Part shown: positions 11,325 to 23,316 of the stretch, piece by piece
How positions within the stretch are numbered: position 1 is the first letter of the stretch
Layout: every line of letters begins with the position of its first letter
Assembly (NCBI GenBank): GCA_030390025.1
Contig: CM059438.1
Coordinates: 67,706,001 to 67,770,000, forward strand
Direction: 5' to 3'
Origin: Squalus acanthias
Lineage: Eukaryota
Length of the DNA stretch: 64,000 nucleotides
Position numbers and translations under genes: made by a program
Notes under the pieces: generated by a model
What the model saw: the letters and a program-made list of their open reading frames with translations, nothing else
Told to the model about the DNA's origin: nothing
Database searches by the model: none

Positions 11325-12700
11325 GACCAGGGTTTTGCGGTCAGCGGCGAAGTGACAGCGCTCACCGCTGACCTCGCGGAAAGCTGCCCACGTAGTTTTA
11401 GTGAGCTCTGTGGCGTCGATTTCCCCCTTTCCAACGTGACTTTCCATCTGGCGCCATCTATAGGGGACCTGTGGCGTCCAGCAACAGTGATGCCATCAAG
11501 CAGGCTGAGCAGTCAATCACTTTGAAGAATTCTCATAGACAGCAAACCAGGAAGTAAAAAGCAGGTTTTATCATTCACTTTTTGATCATTTTACAGAAGG
11601 CGAAATAAAGATTGGGACATACATATGGGATTAAGGTAGAAGCTGAAATATCATAAACAAATCTAAAAAAAACATCAAATTAATTTTCAGTGACCCTGAA
11701 ATTGCGGCCGACGGTGTAGCTACAGAGTATGCCAATGACCTCCAAAAGGAAATCGCGCTTACCTGGTGCGAGGCCCCACACGTAAACTTGCTGTCAGATG
11801 CTGCAGAGTTGTGAGCAGCGTAGTGCATCACGAAGCCCTGGAGTGCAGTGTAAAGCGCTGAGGTATTTAATGCATCCAACACGTGGTAAGGGGCTTTATT
11901 CCTTCAGAAGAAACTTTTCTGGTTTTTTTTTGAGGGGGGGTGCTGGTGGGAGATAGAGACATGAATGGGTGGGGAGCAGGTTACTTTCATCAACATTGAC
12001 CCTTTCTAAAGCTGAAAGGACAAAGAGAGTTACAATTAAAGGTGTTACGCTGTGCAAACAGGCTGGTGCACCAGCCATAAAATTTTAATGTGAAATTGCT
12101 GGGCAGCAATTAGGATTTCCATGTCTGAGCGGATGATCTGTCAAGTCAGAAATTGACAGATCACAAGTTCGGGATTTAGCGCATGCGCAAGCACATGTGG
12201 AAATCCCAAACTCGTTGTCCATTTCAAAGGCGGCATGATGCCATACTGAGTACGCCGCCATACCAACTGCAAATTCTGCCCTAATATTTCAAAAATTTAT
12301 GGAATTTTTATCATAGAATGGAGGGAATGACACGCGACACTTAATAAATTAGTTTTTCAGGGCAGAGAGGTTGTTCAGCAACACATATGACTTAGTACAC
12401 TGTTAAATTCCCAGTTACACCTCATTCAACAAGGCTTAACTTCTTCAATGGTTTTGTACAGCGAGAATAGTGCGTAAAAAGTTGAAGTTCACGGCAAATC
12501 ATTGATTCTGAATCGTTGATTGTATCTGCGAAGACTGCAACAGCGCACCCTGTGGAGGAGCAGGGTATCACTGACAGCAACTTTGGATTTCCGCGTTTAA
12601 CTGCGCACGTGCAGACTCCAGAAGTTGCTGTCAGGTTTCACAGAGTAATGACGGCGAACGCTGACAGTTTCGCCGTCATTACAATCGCAAATTCCGGGCC
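11325..12700 (+). mobile_element. Harbinger-type MITE (same family as 21954-22698), interrupted by a nested MITE
   Basis: TIRs GACCAGGGTTTTGCG / CGCAAATTCCGGGCC. Both halves align in reverse orientation to 21954-22698. Confidence 0.8.
11692..12281. mobile_element. Nested Harbinger-type MITE
   Basis: Segment absent from the sister copy at 21954-22698. Imperfect TIRs GACCCTGAAATTGCGG / CTGCAAATTCTGCCC. Confidence 0.65.
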
Positions 12701-12952
12701 ATAGTCTTTGGCAGTGCAGGGTAATGCAAAAAGTAGCAGTTTGATGGTGGCAGATAATCCTGAATTGGTCGACTCGCACCACTTGGTGTCAATAACCGCA
12801 ACCCAATGCAAAGCTCAGATTCTTGAACTTCAGGATTTAAATTTGCAAGATGACTTTTGGTTCTCCTGGTGCACCATCATTTTATAACAAATGCCTTTTC
12901 TCCTTCATGACAAATGTTGGAGGTATTCGAACAAGCAGCAACAACGCTGAAT

Positions 12953-13087
12953 TATAGAAGGATACAGCACAGAAGGAGGCCATTCGGCCCATCATGCCTG
13001 TGCCGGCTCTTCGAAAGAGCTCTCCAATTAGTCCCACTTTGCTGCCCTTTCCCCATAGCCCTGCAAACCTTTCCCCTTCAAGTATTT
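12953..13087 (-). mobile_element. CR1 LINE 3' end fragment
   Basis: Reverse complement of the CR1 3' UTR (GGGCCGAATGGCCTCCTTCTGTGCTGTA). Confidence 0.85.
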
Positions 13088-13584
13088 ATTTTATCCTTCA
13101 ACTATTGAGCGTGAGAGGTATGTCCCTGACTCTCTGTCAACATCAATCTAAAAATACTCTGCTGCCTGCTGTGGTAGAACCGGCGCTAAACCTAATGTAC
13201 CAACAAGGGGTTAAATACTCAGTTAAGATGCTTGTTTTTTGGGGAATCACATAAAATAAACAGACCATATATTTCAGGAAGATGCTAATTTGTGAAAATA
13301 ATTGAATTGTTACAAGCCCTGCAGCAAAGTTATTAATTGATGACAGGAGCGACGATTATTTTCTTCCCAGTGTATTCGGGACTTTCATGCACTGATGGCT
13401 GCAGCTTTATTTTTGAACACAGTGATGTGTACAACACATTTATTCAGATTGAGAATCTGGTTGCAGGATTAATTCTTTCCATTCCACTACTTCATTTTTA
13501 CTTTTTTTATTTTATGCTGGATTTAGCTAGGTGTAATAGGATTAGAGTACAACACAGTTCATTTCATTCATTGTACATTGGCGG

Positions 13585-14005
13585 TTGTAGCTGGGTGGTA
13601 GCGCTTTCGCTTCAGAGTCAGAAGGTCATGGGTTCAATCCGCACGCCAAGAGACTTGAGCACATAATCTAGGCAGTGCAGTACTCTTTCGGATGAGATGT
13701 TAAACCAAGGCCTCTCGGGTAGATGATCCCATGACACTTTTTTTGAATTAGAGCAGGGGGAGTTCTCCCCGGTGTCCTGGCCAATATTTATCCCACAACC
13801 AACAACACTAAAAAAAGAAAACTGATTATCTGTTCATTAATCTCATTGCAGTTTGTGGGAGCTTGCTGTGCACAAATTGGCTGCTGTGTTTCCTACAATA
13901 CAACAGTCACTGCATGTCAACAAAGTACTTCATTTGCTGTAAAACACTTTGGGACGTCCTGAGATTGTGAAAAGCACTATATAAATGCTAGTTCTTCTTT
14001 CTTTC
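13585..14005 (+). mobile_element. tRNA-derived Deu-domain SINE (SacSINE1-like)
   Basis: tRNA-like head with GGTTCAATCC B-box, Deu-type core GTGTCCTGGCCAATATTTATCCC...GTTTGTGGGAGCTTGCTGTGC, and an L2-like tail CTATATAAATGC. Confidence 0.85.
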
Positions 14006-14913
14006 TTTATGTACATTGGTCAAAGCCAGTGTCATCATTCCAGTCAAATTCTGCTTCAGATATTATGCAGATTCCTCCCCCCCCCCCTCACCCCAACCTT
14101 TCCCTTTACCCTCAAGGTGCTGGCTTCTGCCAGGCTAAGGTTCACCTGGGCAGCGACGGTCCACTGAAACCTCATCCAGATAACTATTCGTCATGTGCCA
14201 CCCAAGATGGTCAATGTTGGAATGTTGGAGATAGAGATGAAATACTGAAGGGCAGCCAGAGCCTCTGTGACCATACACGAATGAGTCAGAACCTCTAACA
14301 GCGGGGTGCCTGGAAGGGCGGGGGGGGGGGGGGGGGGGGAAGGGGAAGGGAAAAATGGTAATGCCAATGGTAGCAGTTAAGGGTAATAGAGTATGTGCTT
14401 TGAATTATCAATGTTAAAGGAGGAAATGGGTTTTTGTTGTAGATACTTGGCTGGGGTCTTTCAAATTGGCAGTCTTTAAATAAAGCAAGTTGGATAGAAG
14501 CCTGAAGGACACCAAGATGCACTGCCCACATAAATAGAATTTTTATAGAGTATGAATCATGTGGGATGTAATGTATTTTATCATGTTTTATTCACTTCAA
14601 TAGAAAATCTAATGTAAGGAGGAGTAAGAGAACAATATTTTGTTATTGACAACTAAAATTGCTTTCAAATAAGCCACTCCGCTGTCATTAAAAGGCAGTC
14701 ATCCCATGATGTATGTCGTAAGGCTAATGGACCTTAACTCCTGACTCTTCACTGTTGTATTTTATATCGTGTTATGCGACAGTTATCTGGGTTGAGTACA
14801 AAATGCTTGCTCCCTGTGGTCTATGAGCACAGAGCATGCCACTGAATTTACAACAGCATGTGAAATTTTTAAAATTTAGCCTATTGTGTTCTGCAAAAAT
14901 AAGTAAATGGATA

Positions 14914-15266
14914 ACTAGATGCAGGAAGAATGTACTAGATGCAGGAAGAATGTTATCGATGGTCGGAGAGTCCAGAACCAGGGGTCATAATCTACGGATA
15001 ACGGGTAAACCATTTAGGACAGAAATGAGGAAGAATTTCTTCACCCAGAGAGTGGTGAACCTGTGGAATTCTCTACCACAGAAGGCAGTTGAGGCGAAGT
15101 CATTAAATATATTCAAGGTTGAGTTAGATATAGTTCTTAAAGCTAAAGGTATCAAGGGATATGGGTTTAGATGATCAGCCATGATCTCATCGAATGGTGG
15201 AGCAGGCTCGAGGGGCCGAATGGCCTACTCCTGCTCCTATCTTCTATGTTTCTATGTTTCTATGTT
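14914..15266 (+). mobile_element. CR1 LINE, 5'-truncated
   Basis: ORF2 C-terminus (SRTRGH...RKNFFTQRVVNLWNSLP) and a (TCTATGTT)n tail. Confidence 0.9.
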
Positions 15267-15913
15267 AAGTGGCAGACAGAGGAGCATCCTCAAACATGAA
15301 AGCTTTGTCTCTTAGCCTAGAAATTCCTGTTAGCAAAACTATTAGCTGTTGACAATAAACTGCACGTTGCTTATGATCCTAAATTATCCTTCACTGCTTT
15401 AATGGTTCGCATCGGTTTACATAAACAATGAGAGTTACTGACGTTTCTTAAAATTTGGCATTTGACTCCCAAAGAATGAAGGGGTAAAGGTGAAGAAAAA
15501 TGAAATGAAGTTTCAAGTTGTGATGGTAATACAAGTTAATGCCAATCAGTGTGTGACAATGACAAGATATAATTATATTCAAATGCCTTTTCATGAAAAA
15601 CCATAGCCGGAACGTTTCAGCAAAAGGAAGTTTAATTGAGAGGAGCAGGTATAAAATGTTACGTGAGGACCTTCTCTTAAACTAGATTTTTTTTTTCCCC
15701 AAGCAGAAGTATGTTGGGGCAAGTGAGCTTATATAGTTGATTCAATAAAAGTAGACACTAAGAGTTTGAGATTGGGGTCACTAATAAGGTTGACACATTC
15801 AGTGTCTGCAAAAAGCTGTGTGTTTAGTGTAAAAGATTTGTTTTGGTACCATAAGATAGTTTCTTTGTGACATTGCGTATTTGAAATTTCAAAATGTTTT
15901 AACCTTGGTGTCA

Positions 15914-18735
15914 ACCTTGGCTCAGTGATAATCTTGCCTCTGAGTCAGTAGTCTGTGAGTTAAAGCACCATTGTGGACACTTCAGCACATAATCTTGATC
16001 AGTATGTTTCCGGCCCAACGTGGAAGGAGGCATTGCTGGATCTGGTTCTGGGGAATGAAGTAGGACAAGTGGAGCAAGTGTCAGTAGGTGAACATTTAGG
16101 GAACAGTGATCATAGTATCATAAGGTTTAGATTAGCTATGGAAAAGGACAGGGAGCAATCTAGAGTAAAAATACTTAATTGGAGGAAGGCAAATTTCAGC
16201 GGGATGAGAACGGATCTGGCCCGGGTAAATTGGAATCAAAGATTGGCAGGCAAAACTGTAATGGAATAATGGGCTGCCTTTAAAGAGGAAATAGTTCGGG
16301 TACAGTCAAGGTAAATTCCCAATAGGGGGGAAAGGTAGGGCAACTAAAGTCAGAGCTCCCTGGATTACGAAAGAGATAGAATAAGATGAAGCAGAAAAAG
16401 AGTGCTTATGACGGATGTCAGGTCGAGAATACATCTGAGAATCAGGCTAAATATAGAAAGTTCAGAGAAGTGAAAAAGAAAATAAGAAGCGCAAAGAGAG
16501 GGTATGAGAATAGAATGGCAGCTAACATAAAAGGTAATCCAAAAGTCTTCTATAGGCATATAAATGGTAAACGGGTAGTAAGAGGAGGGGTGGGGCCAAT
16601 TAGGGACCAAAAAGGAAACCTATGCATGAAGGCAGAAGGTATGGCTGAGGTACTAAATGAGTACTTTGCATCTGTCTTCACCAAGGAAGAGGATGCTGCC
16701 ATAGACATAGTGAAGGAGGAGGTAGAGGAGATACTGGATGGGATAAGAATTGATAAAGACGAGGTACTAGAAAGGCTGGCTGTACTTAAAGTAGATAAGT
16801 CACCAAGACCGGATGGGATGCATCCTAGGGTGCTGAGGGAAGTGAAGGAAGAAATCGCGGAGGAACTGGCCACAATCTTCTAATCCTTCTCAGAAATGGG
16901 GGTGGTGCCAGAGGACTGGAGAATTGCAAATGTTACACACTTGTTCAAAAAAGGGTGTAAAGATAAACCCAGCAACTATAGGCCGGTCAGTTTAAACTCG
17001 GTAGTGGGGAAGCTTTTGGAAACAATAATCAGGAACAAAATTAACAGTCACTTGGACAAGTGTGGATTAATTAAGGAAAGCCGGTACGGATTTGTTGAAG
17101 GTAAATTGTGCTTAACCAACTTGATCAAGCTTTTTGATGAGGTAACAGAGAGGGTTGATTAGGGCAATGCGGTTGACGTGGTGTACATGGATTTCCAAAA
17201 GGCGTTCGACAATGTGCCACATAATAGGTTTGCCAGCAAAGTTGAAGCCTGTGGAATAAAAGGGACAGTGGCAGCATGGCTATGAAATTGACTAAGTGAC
17301 AGGAAACAGAATAGTGGTGAACGGTTGTGTTTTGGACTGGAGGAAGGTATATAGTGTTATTCCCCAGGGGTCAGGACTAGGACCACTGCTTTTCTTGATA
17401 TAAATGACTTGGACTTAGGTGTACAGAGCACTATTTGAAAATTTGCAGATGACACAAAACTTGGAAGTATAGTGAACAGTGAGGAGGATAGTGATAGACT
17501 TCAGGAAGACATAGACAGGCTGGTGGAATGGGTGGACACGTGGCAGATGAAATTTAATGCAGAAAAGTGTGAAGTGATACATTTTGGTAGAAAGAATGAG
17601 GAGATAAAATATAAACTAAAGGGTACAATCCTAAAGTGGGTGCATGAATAGAGAGACCTAGGGGTATATGTGCACAAATCATTGAAGGTGGCAGGGCAGG
17701 TTGAGAAAGCAGTTAATAAAGCTTATGGGATCATGAATAGAGGTATAGAGTGCAAAAGCGTGGACATTATGATGAACCTGTATAAAACATTGGTTTGGCC
17801 TTAACTGGAGCATTGTGTCCAATTCTGGGAACCACACTTTAGGAAGGATGTGAAGGCCTTAGAGAGGGTGCAGAAACGATTTACGAGAATGATTCCAGGG
17901 ATGAGGGACTTCAGTTACGTGGATGGACTGGAGAGGCTGGGGTTGTTCTCCTTCGAGCAGAGAAGATTGAGAGGAGATTTGATAGAGGTGTTCAAAATCA
18001 TGAGGGGTCTGGACACAGTAGATAGAGAGAAACTGTTCCCCTTGGCAGAAGGGTCGAGAACCAGAGGACACAGATTTAAGGTGATTGGCAAAAGAACCAA
18101 AGACGACATAAGAAAAAACTTTTTTACTCAGCGAGTGGTTAGAATCTGGAAAGCACTGCCTGAAAGGGTGGTGGAGGCAGATTCAATCATGGCTTTCAAA
18201 AGGGAGTTGGATAAGTACTGAAAGATAAACATTTGCAGGGCTACAGGGAAAGGGCGGGAGAGTGGGACTTGCTTGAGGTGTTCTTGCAGAGAGCCGGCAC
18301 AGGCTCGACGGGCCGAATGGCCTCCTTCCGTGCTGTAATCATTCTATGATTCTATGATAATCTAGACTGACCCTTCAATACAACACTGAAGGAGTGCTGC
18401 ATTGCCAGAGGTGCCATTTTTCGGATGAGATGTTGAAGCGAAGCCACGTCTGCTTGCTCAGGTGAAATGTAGAACGTCCCGTGGCACTATTAGAAGAGCA
18501 CGTTAGTTTTCCTCGTGATCAGGCCAACATTTTTCCTTCAACCAACACCACTTAACTCGGCTTATTCAGTCATAGGCCTCATTGCTGTTTGTGGAACCTT
18601 GCTGTGTGCAAATTGGCGGTCACGTTTGCCTGCATTACACCAGTGACTACACTCCAAAAGTAATTGATTGGCTGTGAAGCATTTCAGGCATGCTGAGGAT
18701 GTGAAAGGTGTTATATAAATGCAAGTTCTCCCTTT
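15914..18735 (+). mobile_element. Deu-domain SINE split by a CR1 insertion (parts 15914-15995 and 18357-18735)
   Basis: The head ends at CAGCACATAATCT and the body resumes at ATAATCTAGACTGAC, colinear with the intact SINE at 47067. Confidence 0.8.
15996..18356 (+). mobile_element. CR1 LINE, 5'-truncated ORF2 pseudogene (end of APE domain plus RT)
   Basis: Encodes LLDLVLGN, GNSDH, NYRPVSL, DFQKAFD and FADDTKL, with stops. (ATTCTATG)2 tail. 7-bp TSD ATAATCT at 15989-15995 and 18357-18363. Confidence 0.95.
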
Positions 18736-19034
18736 CTTATCTCCCAAGATTACAATCCTGTCATTATGTTCCATTACAATTCTGCTGGAAATGTGAAGGA
18801 ATGTGGGTGAGCAAATGGTGAATGTTTGTGCGAGGGACCTGAAGAAAGGAAAGCAACTGGGGAAAACCAAAAGGGAGGATCCATACTTGGGCAAAATTTG
18901 GATCCTGGGCACAACTGTTGTGGGCACATTGGGCAATTCAGCGGTAATGGAGATCATTTTGGACAATGAAATAAAACAGAAATCTCAATCAGTGGTTCAT
19001 GAAACATTTCAAGTTTCATTATTGTTATTATTTT

Positions 19035-19434
19035 GCAGCTGGGATTGTTCTCCTTAGAGCGGCAAAGGTTAAGGGGAGATTTAATAGAAGTGTTCAAAAT
19101 CATGAAGGGTTTTGATAGAGTAAATAAGGAGAAACTGTTTCCACTAAAATGGTGGGTTGGTAACCAGAGGACGCAGATTCACGGTAATTGGCAACAGAAC
19201 CAGATCATTTTTTTGATGCAACGAGTTATGATGATCTGGAATGCGCTGCCTGAAAGGGTGGTGGAAGCAGATTCAATAGTAACTTTCAAAAGGGAATTGG
19301 ATAAATACTTAAAAAGGAAACATTTACAGGGCTGTGGGGAAAGAGCAGTGGAGTGGGACTAATTGGATAGCTCTTTCAAAGAGCCAGCACAGGCACGATG
19401 GGCCAAATGGCCTCCTTCTGTGCTGTATGATTCT
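19035..19434 (+). mobile_element. CR1 LINE 3' fragment
   Basis: LGLFSLERQRLRGDLIEVFKIM...WNALP followed by the CR1 3' UTR. Confidence 0.9.
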
Positions 19435-19902
19435 AACCCAAGGTTAATAATCTAAAATGAATCCAATAGTAAAGATTCTTTTGCTTATATAAGATCACTT
19501 GATGATTTGTTCTTTGTGTAACTATATAGCATCTCCCAACCAGTTGCTGTGATTTTCTTTTCACCTCAGTCTGTATTGGTCATTAGTAAATTTTCTGTTC
19601 AAGCTTAAACTGATATCTACTCATGCACTTGCTAATAGACTTAGATAAACAGCACGTGTATACACCAGAAATGTTGGACATAGCATTTCGATAATTTAAC
19701 AGGAAACGATTTTGTCACTTTTATCTTAAAAGCAAGCTAGCTTCAGTTACACGTGGAGATTACAGAGGTGATTTTCTCTGCCCCTCATGGGGAAAAAAAA
19801 CAGATTTGAAAGATGAAATAAAATGAAATTGCTCATTAATCTAGTTTTAAGCCTGAAAGGAGCTGCTTAATTTAAGCACCCGAGTATTCAAGGACATCTC
19901 AA

Positions 19903-20036
19903 GGTAGATTTTCAACTTGCTACCTGGTCCTAAAGCTGGCTTTGCCTATTATAGAAACCGTCTGATTTTCATTTCTGTTGATCTCGTAATGGAGCTGCTG
20001 ATCTGCTACGCTAGCGGCAAGTTGAGAGTCTATTCC
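19903..20036. mobile_element. Short palindromic MITE (related to 39726-39872)
   Basis: TIRs GGTAGATTTTCAACTTGC / GCAAGTTGAGAGTCTATT; shares an AGAAACCG..TGATTT core with the other copy. Confidence 0.6.
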
Positions 20037-20284
20037 ATATTGTTATATTAAGTTGGATGTGACTCTTCCTGCAGTGGACCCTACACTGTACCAGCACAGG
20101 AAACAATATGCTATCAAGTGGGAGGGACAATTAAATAGGCGCTGAAAAAAAAAGAACAATTAACAGACTCATTCATTTGCAGAAAGGGATGATAGTGCAA
20201 GGCAAAAGGGGGTGGTAATGGGACAAGTAAAGAAACAAAAGATGGGTCTAGAGGATCACCCCCATCATCCCTTTTGTTGTCATC

Positions 20285-20604
20285 TGATGTCCTCCACGAC
20301 CCTCCCCCCACCCCACCCCCCCAGACGATCTTCTTCCCCGAGCTCTCCGCCCCCTTCCACAATCTTCTCCCCGATCTCTCCGCCCCATCCCCACCTTCTG
20401 TCTATGGCCCCCACCATCAATGTCCCCCCTCCTCCCAGACTCCAGATCTCTCCCTCCTTCTGACAGTCAGCCTCTCAATCTGGCTGGCTGCAGCCAGGAA
20501 ATAGATTCCAAAAATGGTAATCGGGTCCTGCTGTTAAATTCGGCAAGACCTGATGACCATAAAACTGTCCCCCTCCACCCCGCCTCCCCGTTAATATCTG
20601 GGCC
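20285..20604 (-). mobile_element. Partial Harbinger-type MITE (related to 44073-44678)
   Basis: Terminus CCCCGTTAATATCTGGGCC and a C-rich interior resembling the reverse complement of 44073-44330. Confidence 0.5.
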
Positions 20605-21889
20605 ATTGACTCCTTGGTGGGATTTGATTCTAGAAACCATCTGGTACTTTGCCCAAGCGGCTGTCATGAATGTGTGAGCTAGACGGTAAGTGTTTGCAAG
20701 ATATACAACTGGAGGGAGCTCTACAGTTGAGCCTGCCCCCTTCCCCCCACACTGCCCAGGTCCATGCATGCATTTCCAGCAAGAGGCACTGATTAACAAT
20801 GAGAAAGTGGAACCCTGGCTAATTCCCACCCCCCATTGCACGCGGGGTGGGGGTGGGGGGAAGAGGAGACTGAGGGTATAATCATGCCCCAAAGCCATTA
20901 CCTGTTTAACAAAGTCAGGACAGACTGGAAATCAAACTTCGATTTCTCATATGGTCTTTAACGCCAAGTGCTACTCTACTGACCATTGGGGAAGTTGGCT
21001 TTAAGATATTTTAGATAATCATTGAGCATTTCACAGTCTCTTCCCACAGGCAAGACACGCTCCATTTATAATATCTAATTATTTTTTCTCGTAGCCTCCG
21101 ACAAGCGAGCATTATCGTCTCTGTTTTTAATGCTCTACAATGTCATGAGCTTCAGCTCTTCTTAAATGATATATCATGGCGTATCTGTAATTGGAACTCT
21201 TTGGCACTGTTGCCTGCAATCACCTATTCACAAGTGGGATTCTTGGCAGGACTTCCATTTGGCATTGTGCCCTGCTTTTTGAGACATTTGTAATTCCCTT
21301 TGTGACTAGATGGCTGTCTGTTACAAACATTCAGGCAATATATATCTCAAGGGCATTTAAGACAAAAAACAATGCAAATCAGCTTACTGATTGCTCCCAG
21401 TCTGCCACTTGTATTATTTCCTTTCAGAAGTTTTTACATTAGAACCAGTTGCAGCCCAGTTACAATACTGTCACCACATTGTAGTGTAAATACTTTACTA
21501 TTCACTTTCAATAGAGTTGTCATTATTGCATTGTGAAGGAGTGCAGACTTTCTATTTCTTATACTTTGAAGATTCTCTTGAAAATATCTTTCCATAGTTC
21601 CCTCTGAGGAAAAATGGCTTACTTCCAAAATTCTAATTTAAATGAAACTGAGAAAAGCTTGTGTATAAAATTATCAGCGGTGCCAGCTTTTTAATATTCT
21701 TTATTTTGGTCACATTTTACATAGTCATTTCATTTCTGTCAGGAATGCAGTGATGTAGAAAGGGTACAGAGAAGATAAGTAGGATGATTTATTTTCCAGA
21801 TACTTGTGTTTTCAAGATAATTTCCACCATTGTCATAACGGAGAAAAAAGACTTTGCGTAGGGGTATGATGAAAGATGAAATAAACTGA

Positions 21890-22965
21890 TTTTATATAGC
21901 ACCTTTCACATCCTCAGGATGTCCCAAAGCACTTCGCAGAAATTAAATACTTTGGCCCAGATTTTGCAGTTGTAACAATGGTGAAACTGTCAGTGATCGC
22001 CGCCATTACTTTGTAAAATCGACAGCAACTTCTGGCATCCACACATGCACATTTAAAAACGGAAATCCTAAAGTTGTTGTCAGTGATACCCTGTTCCTCC
22101 ACAGGGTGTGCTGTTGCACGCCTCGCAGATGCAATCAACGCAGAATCCGTGCAGTAACGTGAACTTCAGTTTTTTTGCATTCTATTCTCGCTGTAAAAAG
22201 TTAAGCCTTGTTTAATGAGGTGTAACTGATTTTTTAACGGTGTACTAAGTCATAATTACTGCTGAACAACCTCTGTCCCTGAAAAGCTATTTTTATATGT
22301 GGAGTCTCATTTCCTACATTACATGATAATTCCATGGTTTTTAAAATAAATTTAAAAAAATGTTTTTCAAAGTTTGTTTCATATTTCAGCTTTTACCTTA
22401 ATCCCATGTGTATGTTCCAATATTTATTTTGCTTTCTGTAAAAGAATTAAAAAGTGAATGATAAAACGTGCTTTTTATTTCCTGGTTTGCCATCTGTGAG
22501 AATTCTTCAATGTGATGGCTGCTTAGCTTGCTTGATGATATCACTGTTGCTGGGTGCTGGATATAGGTGATGCCAGAATGAAATTAACATCGGGAAAGGT
22601 AAATCCATGCCACAGAGATCGCTAGATCTTTGTGGGCAGCTTTTCTTGTGGTCAGCGGTGAGCATAGTCACTTTGCTGCTAACCGCAAAATCTGGACCTT
22701 TGAGTGTAGTCATTTTTGTGGCAGTCAATATGTCCACAGCAAGGCCTCACCGACAGCAATGAGATGAGTAACCATGTAACCTGTTTGTTGGTGTTCGTTG
22801 AGCATTAAATGTTGGCCAGGACACCAGGAGAATTGCCCAGCTCTTATTACAATATTACCTTGGGATCTTTTATGTCCACCTGAGAGAGAAGATAGAACCT
22901 CATTTAATGTCTCATCCAATACAGGACACCTCTGACAGTGCAGCATTTCCCCCAGTGCTAAAAAG
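21890..22965 (-). mobile_element. Deu-domain SINE split by a MITE
   Basis: The tail TATATAGCACCTTTCACATCCTCAGGATGTCCCAAAGC resumes after 22698 with GAGTGTAGTCA...TTGGCCAGGACAC. A further tail fragment lies at 22978-23070. Confidence 0.8.
21954..22698 (-). mobile_element. Harbinger-type MITE (745 bp)
   Basis: TIRs GGCCCAGATTTTGC / GCAAAATCTGGACC; 3-bp TSD TTT. Confidence 0.85.
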
Positions 22966-23316
22966 AATGAAAGCCCGATTTGCATTTATATAGCACCTTT
23001 CTTGACCTCAGGACATCCCAAAGTGCATTACAGCCAATTAAGTACTTTTGAAGTGCAGTCACTGTTTTAATAGAAAGGTAAAATATGACTAAGTTACTTT
23101 GCTAGATTCAGAGCACAGAAAAAGATCACCTAATCTCAGCATTTAGAACACTTAGGCTGGAAAAAAGAGTTTAAGTGGCTTTTCACAGGAATTTAACTGT
23201 AGATGAATTTAGAAAAGCTTGAATTCACAGAAACCAAGTTAGTTTAATCATATAGCACTTTTCCAGATCAAATACCAGGGCTTCTCTGTATCTATGGGAG
23301 GAGGCAGGAAAGAGAT

